Shown in pieces: positions 1 to 10,100 of a stretch of 64,000 nucleotides of DNA. The stretch spans positions 1,120,001 through 1,184,000 of the forward strand of contig JAWLHY010000001.1 of the NCBI GenBank assembly GCA_041690135.1. Direction: 5' to 3'. The notes below the pieces were generated by a model. The model did no database searches. It saw nothing but the letters and a program-made list of their open reading frames with translations, and was not told the origin of the DNA. This DNA comes from Armatimonadota bacterium (GTDB lineage: Bacteria > Armatimonadota > SYMT01). The position numbers and the translations under genes are program-made. Position 1 is the stretch's first letter. Every line of letters begins with the position of its first letter.

Positions 1-559
1 AGAGCAACCAGCGTCCCCGATGGTGATTCTCTTCCAGCCAATGCATGGCCTCGCGGGCCACGCGCGGGGCAAAGTAATCCTCTTCCGTGCGGAACCCGGA
101 GACGTTCCGCAGGTACTGCTTCATCCGGCCATCATGCGAGCGCAGCTTCTTGGGCGAGCAGGGCCACTCGAACGGCCCATCCAGAGGCTCCAGGGCGTCA
201 TACCACTGGCCGCGGATGCGATGGCGCGCGTGGAACCCCCGGTCGTAGCCGTAGCGCTCGCGGCACAGCGGCAGGTTGTCCGTGACCATCGCGCAGGTGT
301 AGTTCTCTGCCGATAAGGTCTCGGAGAGGATGACTTCCTTCTTCGGAAGCGCGCCCCAGTTGAGGTAGGGGAAGACGAACCGGCCGGTAAACAGCTCGGC
401 CCGGCAAGGCAGCGTGGGAAAGGAGCCGGAAAACGCCTGGTCGAAGACCACACTCTCCCGGGCGAGCGCGTCCAGAGAAGGGGTTTGAACGACCGGATTG
501 CCGTAGGGCCCAAGATAGTCGCGACGCAGCGTATCGCTAACAATAACGAGGATATTCAT
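1..559 (-). CDS. Sulfatase-like hydrolase, alkaline phosphatase superfamily (3' end runs off the window)
   Basis: Not in the ORF track. Manual translation from ATG at 559: MNILVIVSDTLRRDYLGPYGNPVVQTPSLDALARESVVFDQAFSGSFPTLPCRAELFTGR, a typical sulfatase N-terminus with T-x-P-x-R-x3-FTG. Open to the window edge. Confidence 0.85.
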   Translation of the reverse strand, partial: MNILVIVSDTLRRDYLGPYGNPVVQTPSLDALARESVVFDQAFSGSFPTLPCRAELFTGRFVFPYLNWGALPKKEVILSETLSAENYTCAMVTDNLPLCRERYGYDRGFHARHRIRGQWYDALEPLDGPFEWPCSPKKLRSHDGRMKQYLRNVSGFRTEEDYFAPRVAREAMHWLEENHHRGRWLL

Positions 560-644
560 GGTGCAGATGGGGATTCCTGTTAATTATAGCGGCACGTAAG
601 GCGTCGAACCCCAGTGGAGCGTAGGCCGGTACCACTCGCACGCA

Positions 645-1292
645 CTACAGCTTGACCCGCGAGGCGAAGAGGGCCGCCTGCGTACGGTCGTTGCATTCCA
701 GTTTCCAGAGAATGTTGCTGACGTGGTTCTTCACCGTCTTCTCAGCGATGAAGAGCTCATCCGCGATCTCCCGGTTCCGTTTCCCCTGCGCCAGTAGCTT
801 GAGCACTTCGCGCTCGCGATCCGTCAGTTGCGCGTAAAGTCGCAGGTCCGCCTCGTGCTGTTCGCTGAGCCGGTGGAACTCGCAGATCACCCGGTTGGCA
901 ATGGAAGGATGCAGCAGGGCTTCCCCCCGGGCCACGGCCCGGATGGCGGCCACCGTCTGCTCCGGAGGGCTCTCCTTCAATACGTATCCGCGAGCCCCTG
1001 CCTTGATCGCCTCGAACACGTTAGCGTCGTCGTGGTGGATGGTGAGGATGACGACCTGGATGCTCGGAATCTCGCTCTTGATCAGCTTGGTCGCCTCAAT
1101 CCCGTTCATGTCCGGCATCCGGATATCGGTCAGGAGCACATCCGGCATCGCCTTGCGGCACAGGCCCACGGCCACCTTGCCCGTAGGGGCCTGGCCGACC
1201 ACCTCGATGTCGTCTTCCATCCCGATCAGCCGCGCCAGTAGCTCGCGGGTCATCATCTCATCTTCGGCGATCACGACGCGGATCTTTTCCAT
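645..1292 (-). CDS. NarL/LuxR-family response regulator
   Basis: REC domain (AEDE, DIRMP, YVLK) plus C-terminal LTDREREVL...TVKNHVSNILWKL HTH. Confidence 0.95.
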   Translation of the reverse strand: MEKIRVVIAEDEMMTRELLARLIGMEDDIEVVGQAPTGKVAVGLCRKAMPDVLLTDIRMPDMNGIEATKLIKSEIPSIQVVILTIHHDDANVFEAIKAGARGYVLKESPPEQTVAAIRAVARGEALLHPSIANRVICEFHRLSEQHEADLRLYAQLTDREREVLKLLAQGKRNREIADELFIAEKTVKNHVSNILWKLECNDRTQAALFASRVKL

Positions 1293-1439
1293 TGCGGACC
1301 TCCTCGCTATTAGAGGCTATGATTCTGTTTTCCTCGAGCCGGTGGGAACGACTACCCTGTTCGGAGGTTGGTACGTGTTTACCGGCGCTCACCGAATTCA
1401 GAGCGAGGACAACCACGGCGGGTGCCCCTACGGAAGGGG

Positions 1440-2687
1440 TTACCCGCGTGACTCCAGGTGGCCTTCGCCGGGGAGTTCGGCCAGGACGCGGGTACCTTCC
1501 GGTGAAGACTCGATGGACACCGTACCTTCATACGGCTGGAGACGCTCGCACATTCCGCGCAGGCCGTGCCCCCCACCCACCATGGCTCGTTCCACGTCGA
1601 AACCCCTGCCCCGATCCGTCACCTCTACCGTGACATGCGGGGTCCCCACCGGCGTCTCCGTCACCTCCACGCGCACCTCGGCGCGGTCTACGCCCGCGTG
1701 CCGCATGCAGTTGGTCAGGGCTTCCTGAACCACGCGCGTCAGGTGGTACTGCACGTGCGGCGATAACGGGAGGCGGTTCTCCGGTGCGGTGACCTCCACC
1801 TGCAGCGAGCCACTTTCTCCCAGTTCGGCAGCCATCGTGCGGACCGCGGTCAGCAGATTATAGTCGGTGGTGTCGGTGCGGAGGGTAGCCACCACCTGCC
1901 GCAATTCCTCCATAGCGCTCCGCAGGGCAGTCGCCTGCTGTCCGATCGTCTCCGCCGCGCCTTCGGGATCGCGCGGGCACTGTCGCCGGGCCAGTTCGAG
2001 ACTGAGAATCACGCGGGTGAGCACGTGACCGGCTCCATCATGGAGGTCCCGTGCCAATCGCCGCCGCTCCTCACTGACCGAGAGGGCTTCCTGAAGCGCG
2101 GCGACATCCGCCTGGCGCCGGCGCTCCTCGGAAGCAATCGTCCGCGCAATGGAGGCCACCAGCACCAGGAAGAGCACCCGGGTCAGCAGCATTTCGAAGT
2201 AGGGCTGCGTTGGCTGGACCGGCCAGGTGGCGATGACGTAGCTGACGACGGCAGCCCCGTCCGTAATGAGGAAGCCGCGGGCACTGGCGGCCAGCGTTTC
2301 CGCGATTACGAAGATAAAGTAGACCAGCCAGAGCTCGCTGTAGATCCCCCCCGTAAGGTTTACGCCCAGCGCGATGAAGAGGATGGAGAGGGCATCGAAC
2401 AGCACCCGGTGCCAGCGCGCGTGCCCGTGCCGGATCCCGGTGAGGTACCGGCCGGCCACCCCCGCCACGGCCAGGAAGTACAGTGAGTAGATCTGCCAGT
2501 CCAGGTGCCGAAGATGCGGCCGCACGTAAGAGAAGTGGAGCCAGAGGAAGACGAACGCCACCACGATCCATACGTGCTGCGCGGCGCGGGTGACGGCCTG
2601 CAGGTCGCGCCAATGCCCGGCGCCCTGACTGGAGTGGGTTCGGGGCCGACGGATGCCTGCTCGTTTAGCTCGGTTACTCGATTTCAC
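1440..2687 (-). CDS. Membrane sensor histidine kinase, HisKA_3 (NarX/DesK type)
   Basis: Several TM helices, ERRRLARDLHD H-box, QEALTN N-box, DRGRGF and GHGLRGM G-boxes; directly upstream of the response regulator. Confidence 0.92.
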   Translation of the reverse strand: MKSSNRAKRAGIRRPRTHSSQGAGHWRDLQAVTRAAQHVWIVVAFVFLWLHFSYVRPHLRHLDWQIYSLYFLAVAGVAGRYLTGIRHGHARWHRVLFDALSILFIALGVNLTGGIYSELWLVYFIFVIAETLAASARGFLITDGAAVVSYVIATWPVQPTQPYFEMLLTRVLFLVLVASIARTIASEERRRQADVAALQEALSVSEERRRLARDLHDGAGHVLTRVILSLELARRQCPRDPEGAAETIGQQATALRSAMEELRQVVATLRTDTTDYNLLTAVRTMAAELGESGSLQVEVTAPENRLPLSPHVQYHLTRVVQEALTNCMRHAGVDRAEVRVEVTETPVGTPHVTVEVTDRGRGFDVERAMVGGGHGLRGMCERLQPYEGTVSIESSPEGTRVLAELPGEGHLESRG

Positions 2688-2871
2688 TCGGGTGGCGCAT
2701 TGCTCCGGCTGTGGGTTCCGCCGGCAGGGGACTAGTAATGAGGGTATTATAGCCGTTTGCCACGACCCTACGTCTCCGTGGCGGTGTGGACTTTCGCGCG
2801 CTCGCGTGTTTTACTAAGAACGCTCAGTTGCGGCGAATACGCGGACCGCACCCTTTTCTATTGATTTCTGA

Positions 2872-4653
2872 ATGTCTTATAAACTGATCCAAAACGTCAA
2901 GCGACTGCTGGCCGACGAGCGCGGAACCCTGGTCAAACCGCACGGAGACCGGCTGAAATTCGCCCTGGCGTTCCCCAATACTTATCGCCTGGGAATGTCC
3001 AACCTGGGCTACCAATTGGTTTATCGCCTGTTGAACGAGCGAGATGATACCGTTTGCGAGCGGACCTTTCTTCCCGATCCCGCCGACCTGGAAGAGCACC
3101 AGCGCAGCCACACCACGCTGTTCACCTGGGAAAGCCAGCGGCCGGTGGATGAGTTCGACGTCCTCGGGTTCTCCGTCTCGTTCGAGCTGGATTATCTGAA
3201 CGTGCTGAAGATGCTGGAGTTGGCCGCGCTGCCGCTCCTGGCGGAAGAGCGGGACGAGCGGCACCCCCTCGTTATCATGGGCGGTCCGGCCCCGTGGGTC
3301 AACCCGGAGGCGGTGGCGCCGTTCGTGGACGCGTTCATCATCGGCGAAGCGGAGGGGCTGACAGACCTGCTGATCCCCGTGATCCAGGAGTACCTGGACG
3401 CGGGTCGGGAGCGGAACAAGCGGGATCTGCTGGTGAAGCTGTCGCGGATCCAGGGGGTATATGTCCCCAGCCTGTACGAGTTCCGCTACCACGAGGACGG
3501 CACCATCGCGGAGATCCTACCGCAGGAAGACGCGCCCCTACCCGTGCGGCGCTGGGTCGCCCGCGACCTGCATCGCTACAACACCAGCGCGCAGATCCTC
3601 ACGCCCAATACCGAGTTCAGCAATATGATGCTGGCGGAGACGGCGCGGGGCTGCGGCCAGGGATGTCGCTTTTGCTTTGCCGGGTACGCCTATCGTCCCG
3701 TGCGCTACACCCCGCCCGAGCAGCTCGAAAAGGAGTTCGCCGAGCGCCAGGAGCAGGAGACGGAGAAGCTGCGCGTGGGCCTGGTCGGAAGCTCGCTAAC
3801 GGACCACAAGCAGCTCGTCCAGATCACCCTCGGGCTGGCCCAGAAGGCGGATGGCGTGGCGCTGGCGAGCATGCGCGCGGACAACCTCTCCGAGTCGGTG
3901 GCCTGTGCCATCGGCGAAGCCGGGCAGAAGACGGTGACCATCGCCCCCGAAACCGGTTCGGAACGGCTCCGCTACATCGCCCGAAAACACGTCACCGACG
4001 CGGACGTGGTGACGGCGGCGGAGCGGTGCGACGGCGTGGGCGTGGAGCGGATCAAGCTCTACTACATCGTGGGCCTGCCGTGTGAGATGGAGAGCGACCT
4101 GATGGCCATCGCAAACCTCTCCGCCGCCGTGGCGGATGCCGGCAAGTTCCGAAAAGTTACGTTGACCCTGCACCCGTTCGTGCCGAAGCCGCATACGGCT
4201 TATCAATGGGCCGGCTGCGCCCCGCCCGCGGACATGGAGCGCCGCCTGAAGGCCGTCGGCAAGGCGGTTCGCAAGGCCAACCCACGGCTGGAATTTACGG
4301 TCGATAGCGTGCGCGGCTCCTTTGTGCAGGGCGTGCTCTCCATGGCCGACCGTCGCGTGGCGCCGGCCCTGCTGGAAGCGCATCGCAACGGCGGCAACTG
4401 GCGGAATGCCTTCCGCGAAACGGGGATCGACGGAGAATGGTACGTGTGCCGTCCGCGACCCTTCGAGGAGATCCTACCCTGGGAACACATCAACCTGGGG
4501 GTGAAGAAGGAGTATCTCTGGCGAGAGTGGCACCGCGCCCTGGAACTGGACCGGGAAACTCGGGACACCCCCGATTGGAAGTACGGAGAGCACGGCGCCC
4601 AGCGGTCGTCCGATGCGGCCCAGAAGCAGCTCCAGTATGCGAATTGGGGGTAG
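2872..4653 (+). CDS. B12-binding-domain radical SAM protein (TIGR03960-like)
   Basis: FPNTYRLGMSNLG N-terminus, RGCGQGCRFC (CxxxCxxC), APETGSERLR, FVPKPHT, LPWEHI. Confidence 0.88.
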   Translation: MSYKLIQNVKRLLADERGTLVKPHGDRLKFALAFPNTYRLGMSNLGYQLVYRLLNERDDTVCERTFLPDPADLEEHQRSHTTLFTWESQRPVDEFDVLGFSVSFELDYLNVLKMLELAALPLLAEERDERHPLVIMGGPAPWVNPEAVAPFVDAFIIGEAEGLTDLLIPVIQEYLDAGRERNKRDLLVKLSRIQGVYVPSLYEFRYHEDGTIAEILPQEDAPLPVRRWVARDLHRYNTSAQILTPNTEFSNMMLAETARGCGQGCRFCFAGYAYRPVRYTPPEQLEKEFAERQEQETEKLRVGLVGSSLTDHKQLVQITLGLAQKADGVALASMRADNLSESVACAIGEAGQKTVTIAPETGSERLRYIARKHVTDADVVTAAERCDGVGVERIKLYYIVGLPCEMESDLMAIANLSAAVADAGKFRKVTLTLHPFVPKPHTAYQWAGCAPPADMERRLKAVGKAVRKANPRLEFTVDSVRGSFVQGVLSMADRRVAPALLEAHRNGGNWRNAFRETGIDGEWYVCRPRPFEEILPWEHINLGVKKEYLWREWHRALELDRETRDTPDWKYGEHGAQRSSDAAQKQLQYANWG

Positions 4654-4659
4654 GCACAG

Positions 4660-4766
4660 GGAGCGCGGACGTCCCCGTCCGCCAGGTGTTGGGGCGTTCG
4701 GGCACCCCTGTGGTGCGTAAATGTTCGGGTGGTCGGGTGGTCGGGTGGTCGGGTGGTCGGGTGGTC
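4660..4766. repeat. Composite intergenic repeat: GGAG-footed hairpin, CCCTGTGG..GTAAATGTTCGGG unit and (GGGTGGTC)x5
   Basis: GGAGCGCGGACGTCCCCGTCCGCC at 4660-4683; five exact 8-mers at 4727-4766; sister copy at 17131-17299. Confidence 0.8.
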
Positions 4767-4929
4767 AGGCCCCTCGGTGGAGGTGAATATTCGATCCACC
4801 GAGCTAATGGCAAGAATTCAGACAACCATGCCTGATCGTCTTTGCGAGGAGCGGTGGATCGGAAGCAACTTCCTCGACGCTGATGAGCCCTACTTCGAAG
4901 TGGTCAGGCTCTTGCCCCAGATCTGTTGA

Positions 4930-4963
4930 GCGACGTGGCAAGCCCCCTGGTCAGGGAACTCGT
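4930..4963. repeat. Dispersed REP-like repeat (CGACGTGGC..CCCCCTGNNCAGGGAA family)
   Basis: 31/34 identical to the reverse complement of 21343-21376; also at 38399-38426; partial cores at 5036-5048 and 17047-17061. Confidence 0.8.
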
Positions 4964-5100
4964 TATGATCCCACACCGCTCGTACCGGTACCGCTTCAGT
5001 AGGCATGTGGAGGTCTCCCGAATCTCGCCCAGCGGCCTGGTCAGGGAAGGCTTGCCTGTACGGATTTCGGCGGTTTCGTAGGGGAAGCAATTAGTACGCT

Positions 5101-5934
5101 ATGACAGAAGGTACGGAAGTGGCGCTGGGTGGGAACGCCCGTCGGGAGGCGGGTGAGGTCGTGTGGTTCGAGCCGGTGGAGGCGCTGGGCGGCGTGGCGC
5201 GCCTGATGATGACCACCCGCCGTGGGGGTATCAGCCGTTCGCCCTACGACTCCCTGAACCTGGGGTTTCACGTTTCCGATGTGGAAGAGCGCGTGCGCCT
5301 GAACCGGCGTACCGTCCGCAGCCTGATGGACCGCGGCCTGCTCGATCCCGTGGTAGGGGAACAGGTGCACGGTACCTGCGCGCGCACCGTCGGCGAGCTC
5401 CATGCCGGCACGCGTTGGCAACAGCGTGAGACAGCCCTCCGAGACACCGACGCGCTGATCACCGGCAGCCGCCGCCTGCCCCTGGTCATCCTGGTGGCGG
5501 ACTGCCTCCCGGTCGCCCTGGTGGACCCCGTCCGGGGGATCGTCGCCGCGGTGCACGCCGGATGGCGCGGCCTGGCCGGCGGCATCCTCGAAAATACACT
5601 CGCACAGATGGAGGCGACCTGGGGCTGCCTGCCTTCCGACGTGATCGCCTGGATCGGTCCGGGCATTGGCCCCTGCTGCTACGAAGTGGGCTCCGAAGTG
5701 GCCCACCAGTTTTCCGGGTTCACTTTACCCGGAGCGCCCGGTGAAGGCGCCCGCCTCGACCTGCGCGCCGCGGCCAACGACCGTCTGTCCCGCGCCGGGA
5801 TCCTGGACGAGAACCTCACCGGTCTGCCCCTGTGCACCTCCTGCGAGCCGGATCTCTTCTTCAGCCACCGCCGTGCCACGAAAGAGGGCCAGTCCACCAC
5901 CGGCCGCCAGGCGATGCTTTTGTGGATGAGTTGA
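5101..5934 (+). CDS. pgeF: PgeF/YfiH-family protein (peptidoglycan editing factor / purine nucleoside phosphorylase, laccase-like domain)
   Basis: SLNLGFHV, QVHG, ADCLPV, HAGWRG, GPGIGPCCYEVG, FFSHRR motifs. Confidence 0.93.
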   Translation: MTEGTEVALGGNARREAGEVVWFEPVEALGGVARLMMTTRRGGISRSPYDSLNLGFHVSDVEERVRLNRRTVRSLMDRGLLDPVVGEQVHGTCARTVGELHAGTRWQQRETALRDTDALITGSRRLPLVILVADCLPVALVDPVRGIVAAVHAGWRGLAGGILENTLAQMEATWGCLPSDVIAWIGPGIGPCCYEVGSEVAHQFSGFTLPGAPGEGARLDLRAAANDRLSRAGILDENLTGLPLCTSCEPDLFFSHRRATKEGQSTTGRQAMLLWMS

Positions 5935-6066
5935 TTCTCCCCTGGGACTACAGGGGGAGGAGCCACAGATTTCACAGATTGAAGATGAGGGAAAGCCGTG
6001 GCAGCGACTGCCGGCGCCGCCCCTCCGGGGACGCTGGGTGCGTTACCGAACAGAACGACGACTGGG

Positions 6067-6525
6067 TCAGTGCCGGAGAATCGATTCCTCGTAGTCCAGA
6101 AGTCCGGCCTCATAACCCTCTGTGAGAAGCCTCGTCACCTCGGCGTAGTCCGCTTCCGGGGGCACGTTAACCGAGATCAGGGAGTGGTGTTCGCTCCACT
6201 CGGACGCACAGCCGCGGGCCTGCAATTGCTCACGAAGGTGCGGCACTTCGGCTCGGTCGAAGAGAACCACTCGCAGGAGTGAGTTTCGTGACCGTTTCCG
6301 GGTGCAACGGTAGTAGGTTTCGCCGTCCACGTAGTCCACTTCCACAACATCGCCGAGGGTCGCTTCCCGAGTGAAGAACGGGATGTTGTCGAGGGTCAGG
6401 GTCCCATCCGCGTTCTGCTGACCCCATACGCTCTCGAATGTCACGGGCGGGTAGCCGTCCTCGTCCGGCTCCAGCCGGAACAGTACCTTCCGGAAGTTAT
6501 CAGCGTTGCCCGGCGGTCTTTTCAT
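6067..6525 (-). CDS. DUF4265-like protein
   Basis: DGYPPVTFESVW...LDNIPFF...LGDVV...SRNSLLRV pattern resembles DUF4265. Confidence 0.75.
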   Translation of the reverse strand: MKRPPGNADNFRKVLFRLEPDEDGYPPVTFESVWGQQNADGTLTLDNIPFFTREATLGDVVEVDYVDGETYYRCTRKRSRNSLLRVVLFDRAEVPHLREQLQARGCASEWSEHHSLISVNVPPEADYAEVTRLLTEGYEAGLLDYEESILRH

Positions 6526-7001
6526 GGGACTGGCCGGACCTTTGGTTGTTCGACTTCGAACCTGAACAGGAGCACCTGGTCGTCATCGTTGCTGACGGCC
6601 ACAGCCCTGTCGGCTGCCGGATTGTAGAGGACGAACTCGTGGTCGGAGGCCATTTGGTAGATCCCGGCGATCCACTCCGGTGAAGCCGGGACGCGGAGCC
6701 GAGCCCACGGGAGGGCCATGCAGTCCGCATAGAGCAGCTCGGCCTCAGAGCCCAGCCAATCCACCAGCGCCTTCAGGCCGTCAAGCAGTCGTTCCGGCTC
6801 CGAGGAGCCGATGCCGGCCACGAACGGCATGCCGATCTGAATGGAAGGACGAATGATCGCCCACGGTGTCAGGCCGACTTCCTCTTCAAACCCGAGGAAT
6901 TGCAGGTTCGAACAGGACGCCAGGCGGTCCACCAGGTCCAAAATGCGACTACCGTGGCGCTTACCTATCTTGCGGTATCTGAGGGTCGTCAGTCGGTTCA
7001 T
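6522..7001 (-). CDS. Hypothetical protein (possible immunity-type protein)
   Basis: 159-aa ORF with globular composition, overlapping the next gene by 4 bp (ATGA). Confidence 0.6.
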   Translation of the reverse strand: MNRLTTLRYRKIGKRHGSRILDLVDRLASCSNLQFLGFEEEVGLTPWAIIRPSIQIGMPFVAGIGSSEPERLLDGLKALVDWLGSEAELLYADCMALPWARLRVPASPEWIAGIYQMASDHEFVLYNPAADRAVAVSNDDDQVLLFRFEVEQPKVRPVP

Positions 7002-7185
7002 GGGGTGTGGATCACTTAGCTGGCCGCGTGTCCCGCCTTCTCAAGAGCTGCAGTTTAAAGGACGTGAACACACACAGAAGGATATCTCTCCGACGCAAAC
7101 GAATAGTAGACCTACTGCCTGCCTAGCAGATTTCCAAGCGGCCGGTGGGCTGCAAACAGGTCGGCAGTTGATAAGGGGGTCTCGG

Positions 7186-10100
7186 ATGAGTTTCTCGCAG
7201 CCACTTGTTCGCCCATCGAGGATGGTGAGCATTGGTTTGGCACTGCTCTGCCTTCTGGCATTAGCCTCTTTTCCTCGGCGGAGCGCACTTGCATCGCCCA
7301 AACTTGCTTCCGGGCTCGCTCGAGTACCGCTGGTGTTTGTGGAGCGGGCACGGGGGGGCAGCGGAGAAGCATCCTTCACCACGCAGTACGCGGGCCGGGC
7401 CGTCGGGTTCACTCCTCTTGGTCTGGCGATACGGCTACGCGCCCCGAATCGCGGATCGCAACTGCGCCAGGTGCTACGGTCCTCCCGCGACGGCCGTCGC
7501 GGGGAAAACAGGTCCGAACGCAGCTCATTTCGGGCCGGCGAGGAAGAAGAGCGCGCGGAGAACTGGATCGTGGCGCTGGATTTTGCCGGCGCATGCCGCA
7601 GTGTGGAGCCCCAGGGCGAAGATCCGGTAGACACGTCTTTTAGCTTCTTCACGGGTGAACGCCACCAGTGGGAAACCGGCTTATCCGGTTACCGGCGAAT
7701 CCGTTATCCGAGTCTCTGGCCTGGGATCGATCTGGTGTACCAGGGAGTAGCGGGCAAGCTCAAATACGAATTCCAGGTCCGGCCCGGAGCCGATCCATCG
7801 GCGATCCGAATGAAAGTGCGCGGCGCCACTCACGTGACGGTCTCGGATGATGGAAGTCTCCGGTGGGAAACCCCGGTGGGCATCCTGGGGGACGATTCTC
7901 CCTTCACCTATCAGGGAACGGGAGGCCAACAGCGCGAAATTGACTCAGCACACCAGATTCTGAATCGCTTTGGCAACGGGGACGTGGAGATTGGATTTCG
8001 GATTGGACGTTACGACCCCACCCAACTCCTTACGATCGATCCGGCGCTCCTCTTCTACTGCGGCTACGTCGGCGGTTCCGGCGAGGATTATATCCACGGA
8101 ATCACTGTGGATGGCGCGGGCAACGCCTATGTGGCCGGCTCTACCACAAGCTCGGCATTCTCGCTCCCGGTAACCGTGGGGCCGGACACCACGCAGAACG
8201 GTTTCGATGATGGGTTCGTCGCAAAGGTGCGTGCGGACGGTCTGGGCTTCAGCTACTGCGGCTACATTGGGGGCGCCGGGTCGGACGACGCGCAGGACGT
8301 CGCGGTCGATAGCGCGGGGAATGCCTACGTGGTGGGTAGGTCGAGTGGAGAGCTGTCCACCACCGTTGGTCCCGACCTGACTTACAATGGCGGCTATTTC
8401 GACACGTGGGTGGCAAAAGTCGGCGCTGGCGGCAACAGTCTGCTCTATTGCGGATACATTGGAGGCAGTGACAGCGAATACGGGCTGGGAATTGACGTGG
8501 ACGATCAGGGCCGAGCCTATGTTGTTGGCGAGACCTATTCCACGGCTCCCAGCTTCCCGGCACTCGTCGGGCCGGATCTTCAGGAAAATGGAGAGAGCGA
8601 CGCCTTCGTCGCACGCGTGCGAGCGGACGGCTCCGGCCTCGAATATGCCGGGTTCATCGGCGGCACGAGCGTCGAAGCCGCTTATGACGTCGTGGTGGAT
8701 GGTTACTATCACGCCTACCTCTGCGGTGCCACGTTCTCCCCCAGCAGTTCCTTTCCCGTGGTGGTGGGGCCCCTCCTGACGGAGCGCGCCGGATCGGAAG
8801 GCTTCGTGGCCAAAGTCGATCCGACAGGATCCGACCTCATCTACTGCGGTTACATCGGCGGTTATGGGTTCGACGAAGCGAACTCACTGGCCGTCGATGA
8901 TTCCGGCGTTGCCTATGTTTGTGGCACTTCCTCTTCGGACTTCGGGTTTCCACTCGCTGTCGGCCCCGACCTGACGCACAATGGGCAAGGAGATGCCTTT
9001 CTTGCCCAGGTAAGACCCGACGGGTTGGGGTTCCTTTCCTGCGGCTACCTGGGCGGCTCGGATTACGACCTTGCGCAGGGAATCGCCGTGGGGACGGACG
9101 GAGCCATCTACCTGACTGGATCCACCGACAGTGCGAGCGATACCTTTCCGGTGGTCGGTGGCCCGGACCTGACCCACAACGGCGGCCCCGACGCCTTCGT
9201 GGTCAAGCTGCGACCGGGAAGCCTGGTGCGGGACTACTGTGGCTACCTCGGTGGCGCGGGAGTTGATGTGGGGCGCTCGATTGCGGTGGATCCGCGGGGC
9301 AGTGTTTATGTTGCCGGCTACACGACGTCTCCGGCGGCAGAGTTCCCGGTAAAGGCGGGGCCGGACCTGACCCATGGGGGTGGTCCGATGTTTGTGCCCT
9401 ACGACGGCTTTGTAGCCTGCGTTCAGGTGCCGCCTACCCTCGCCCCGGAACTGTCTGTCACCGCTTTGCCGAGCGGTCGAGCGTATCTTGCCTGGACCCA
9501 TTCCAATCCCAACATCAGCGGCTTTGAGATCGAGCGCCGCATCGACGGCGGGGCCTTCCAGCCGCGGGCCGGCGTTGCGGCCAGCGAGAGCACGCTGGAG
9601 GACTCCGGACTGCTGGTCGGTTCCTTCTATACTTACCGTCTCCGCGCCGTGAACGGCGTCGGGGCAACCCCCTACTCGAATGAAGTCCGCGTCCAGGCCC
9701 TGCCGGGAAAGCCGGCCGCACCCTCCGGTCTGGAAGCGCATTACGTCGAAGGCCCCGCCATCGTTCTCTCCTGGAACGATAACAGCAGCGACGAACTGGG
9801 CTTCCGCGTCGAGCGAGCCGTGGGGAGCGGTGGTTTCGTGGAACACCATCTCACTGTCGCCAACTTCTCCAGTTTTGCGGACCTCAACATCCAGGCAGGG
9901 GCGACCTATCGATACCGGGTCTCGGCGTACAACGATGCCGGTGATTCCGCCACCGTGGAGTCTTCCGAAGTCACCGTCCCCATCGAGGTGCCGGACCCGC
10001 CCAAGAGCCTGATTGCCGCGCCCTTCGGTTCGCGTACCATCCGCCTTCTCTGGAGCGAACATAGTAGCGACGAGGCGGGCTTTCGGCTTTACCGCAAAGA

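Noticed and set aside
4783-4978. Short ORF ending C-TGA as a second selenoprotein
   Set aside because: No recognisable family; the read-through runs into a dispersed repeat and stops soon after.
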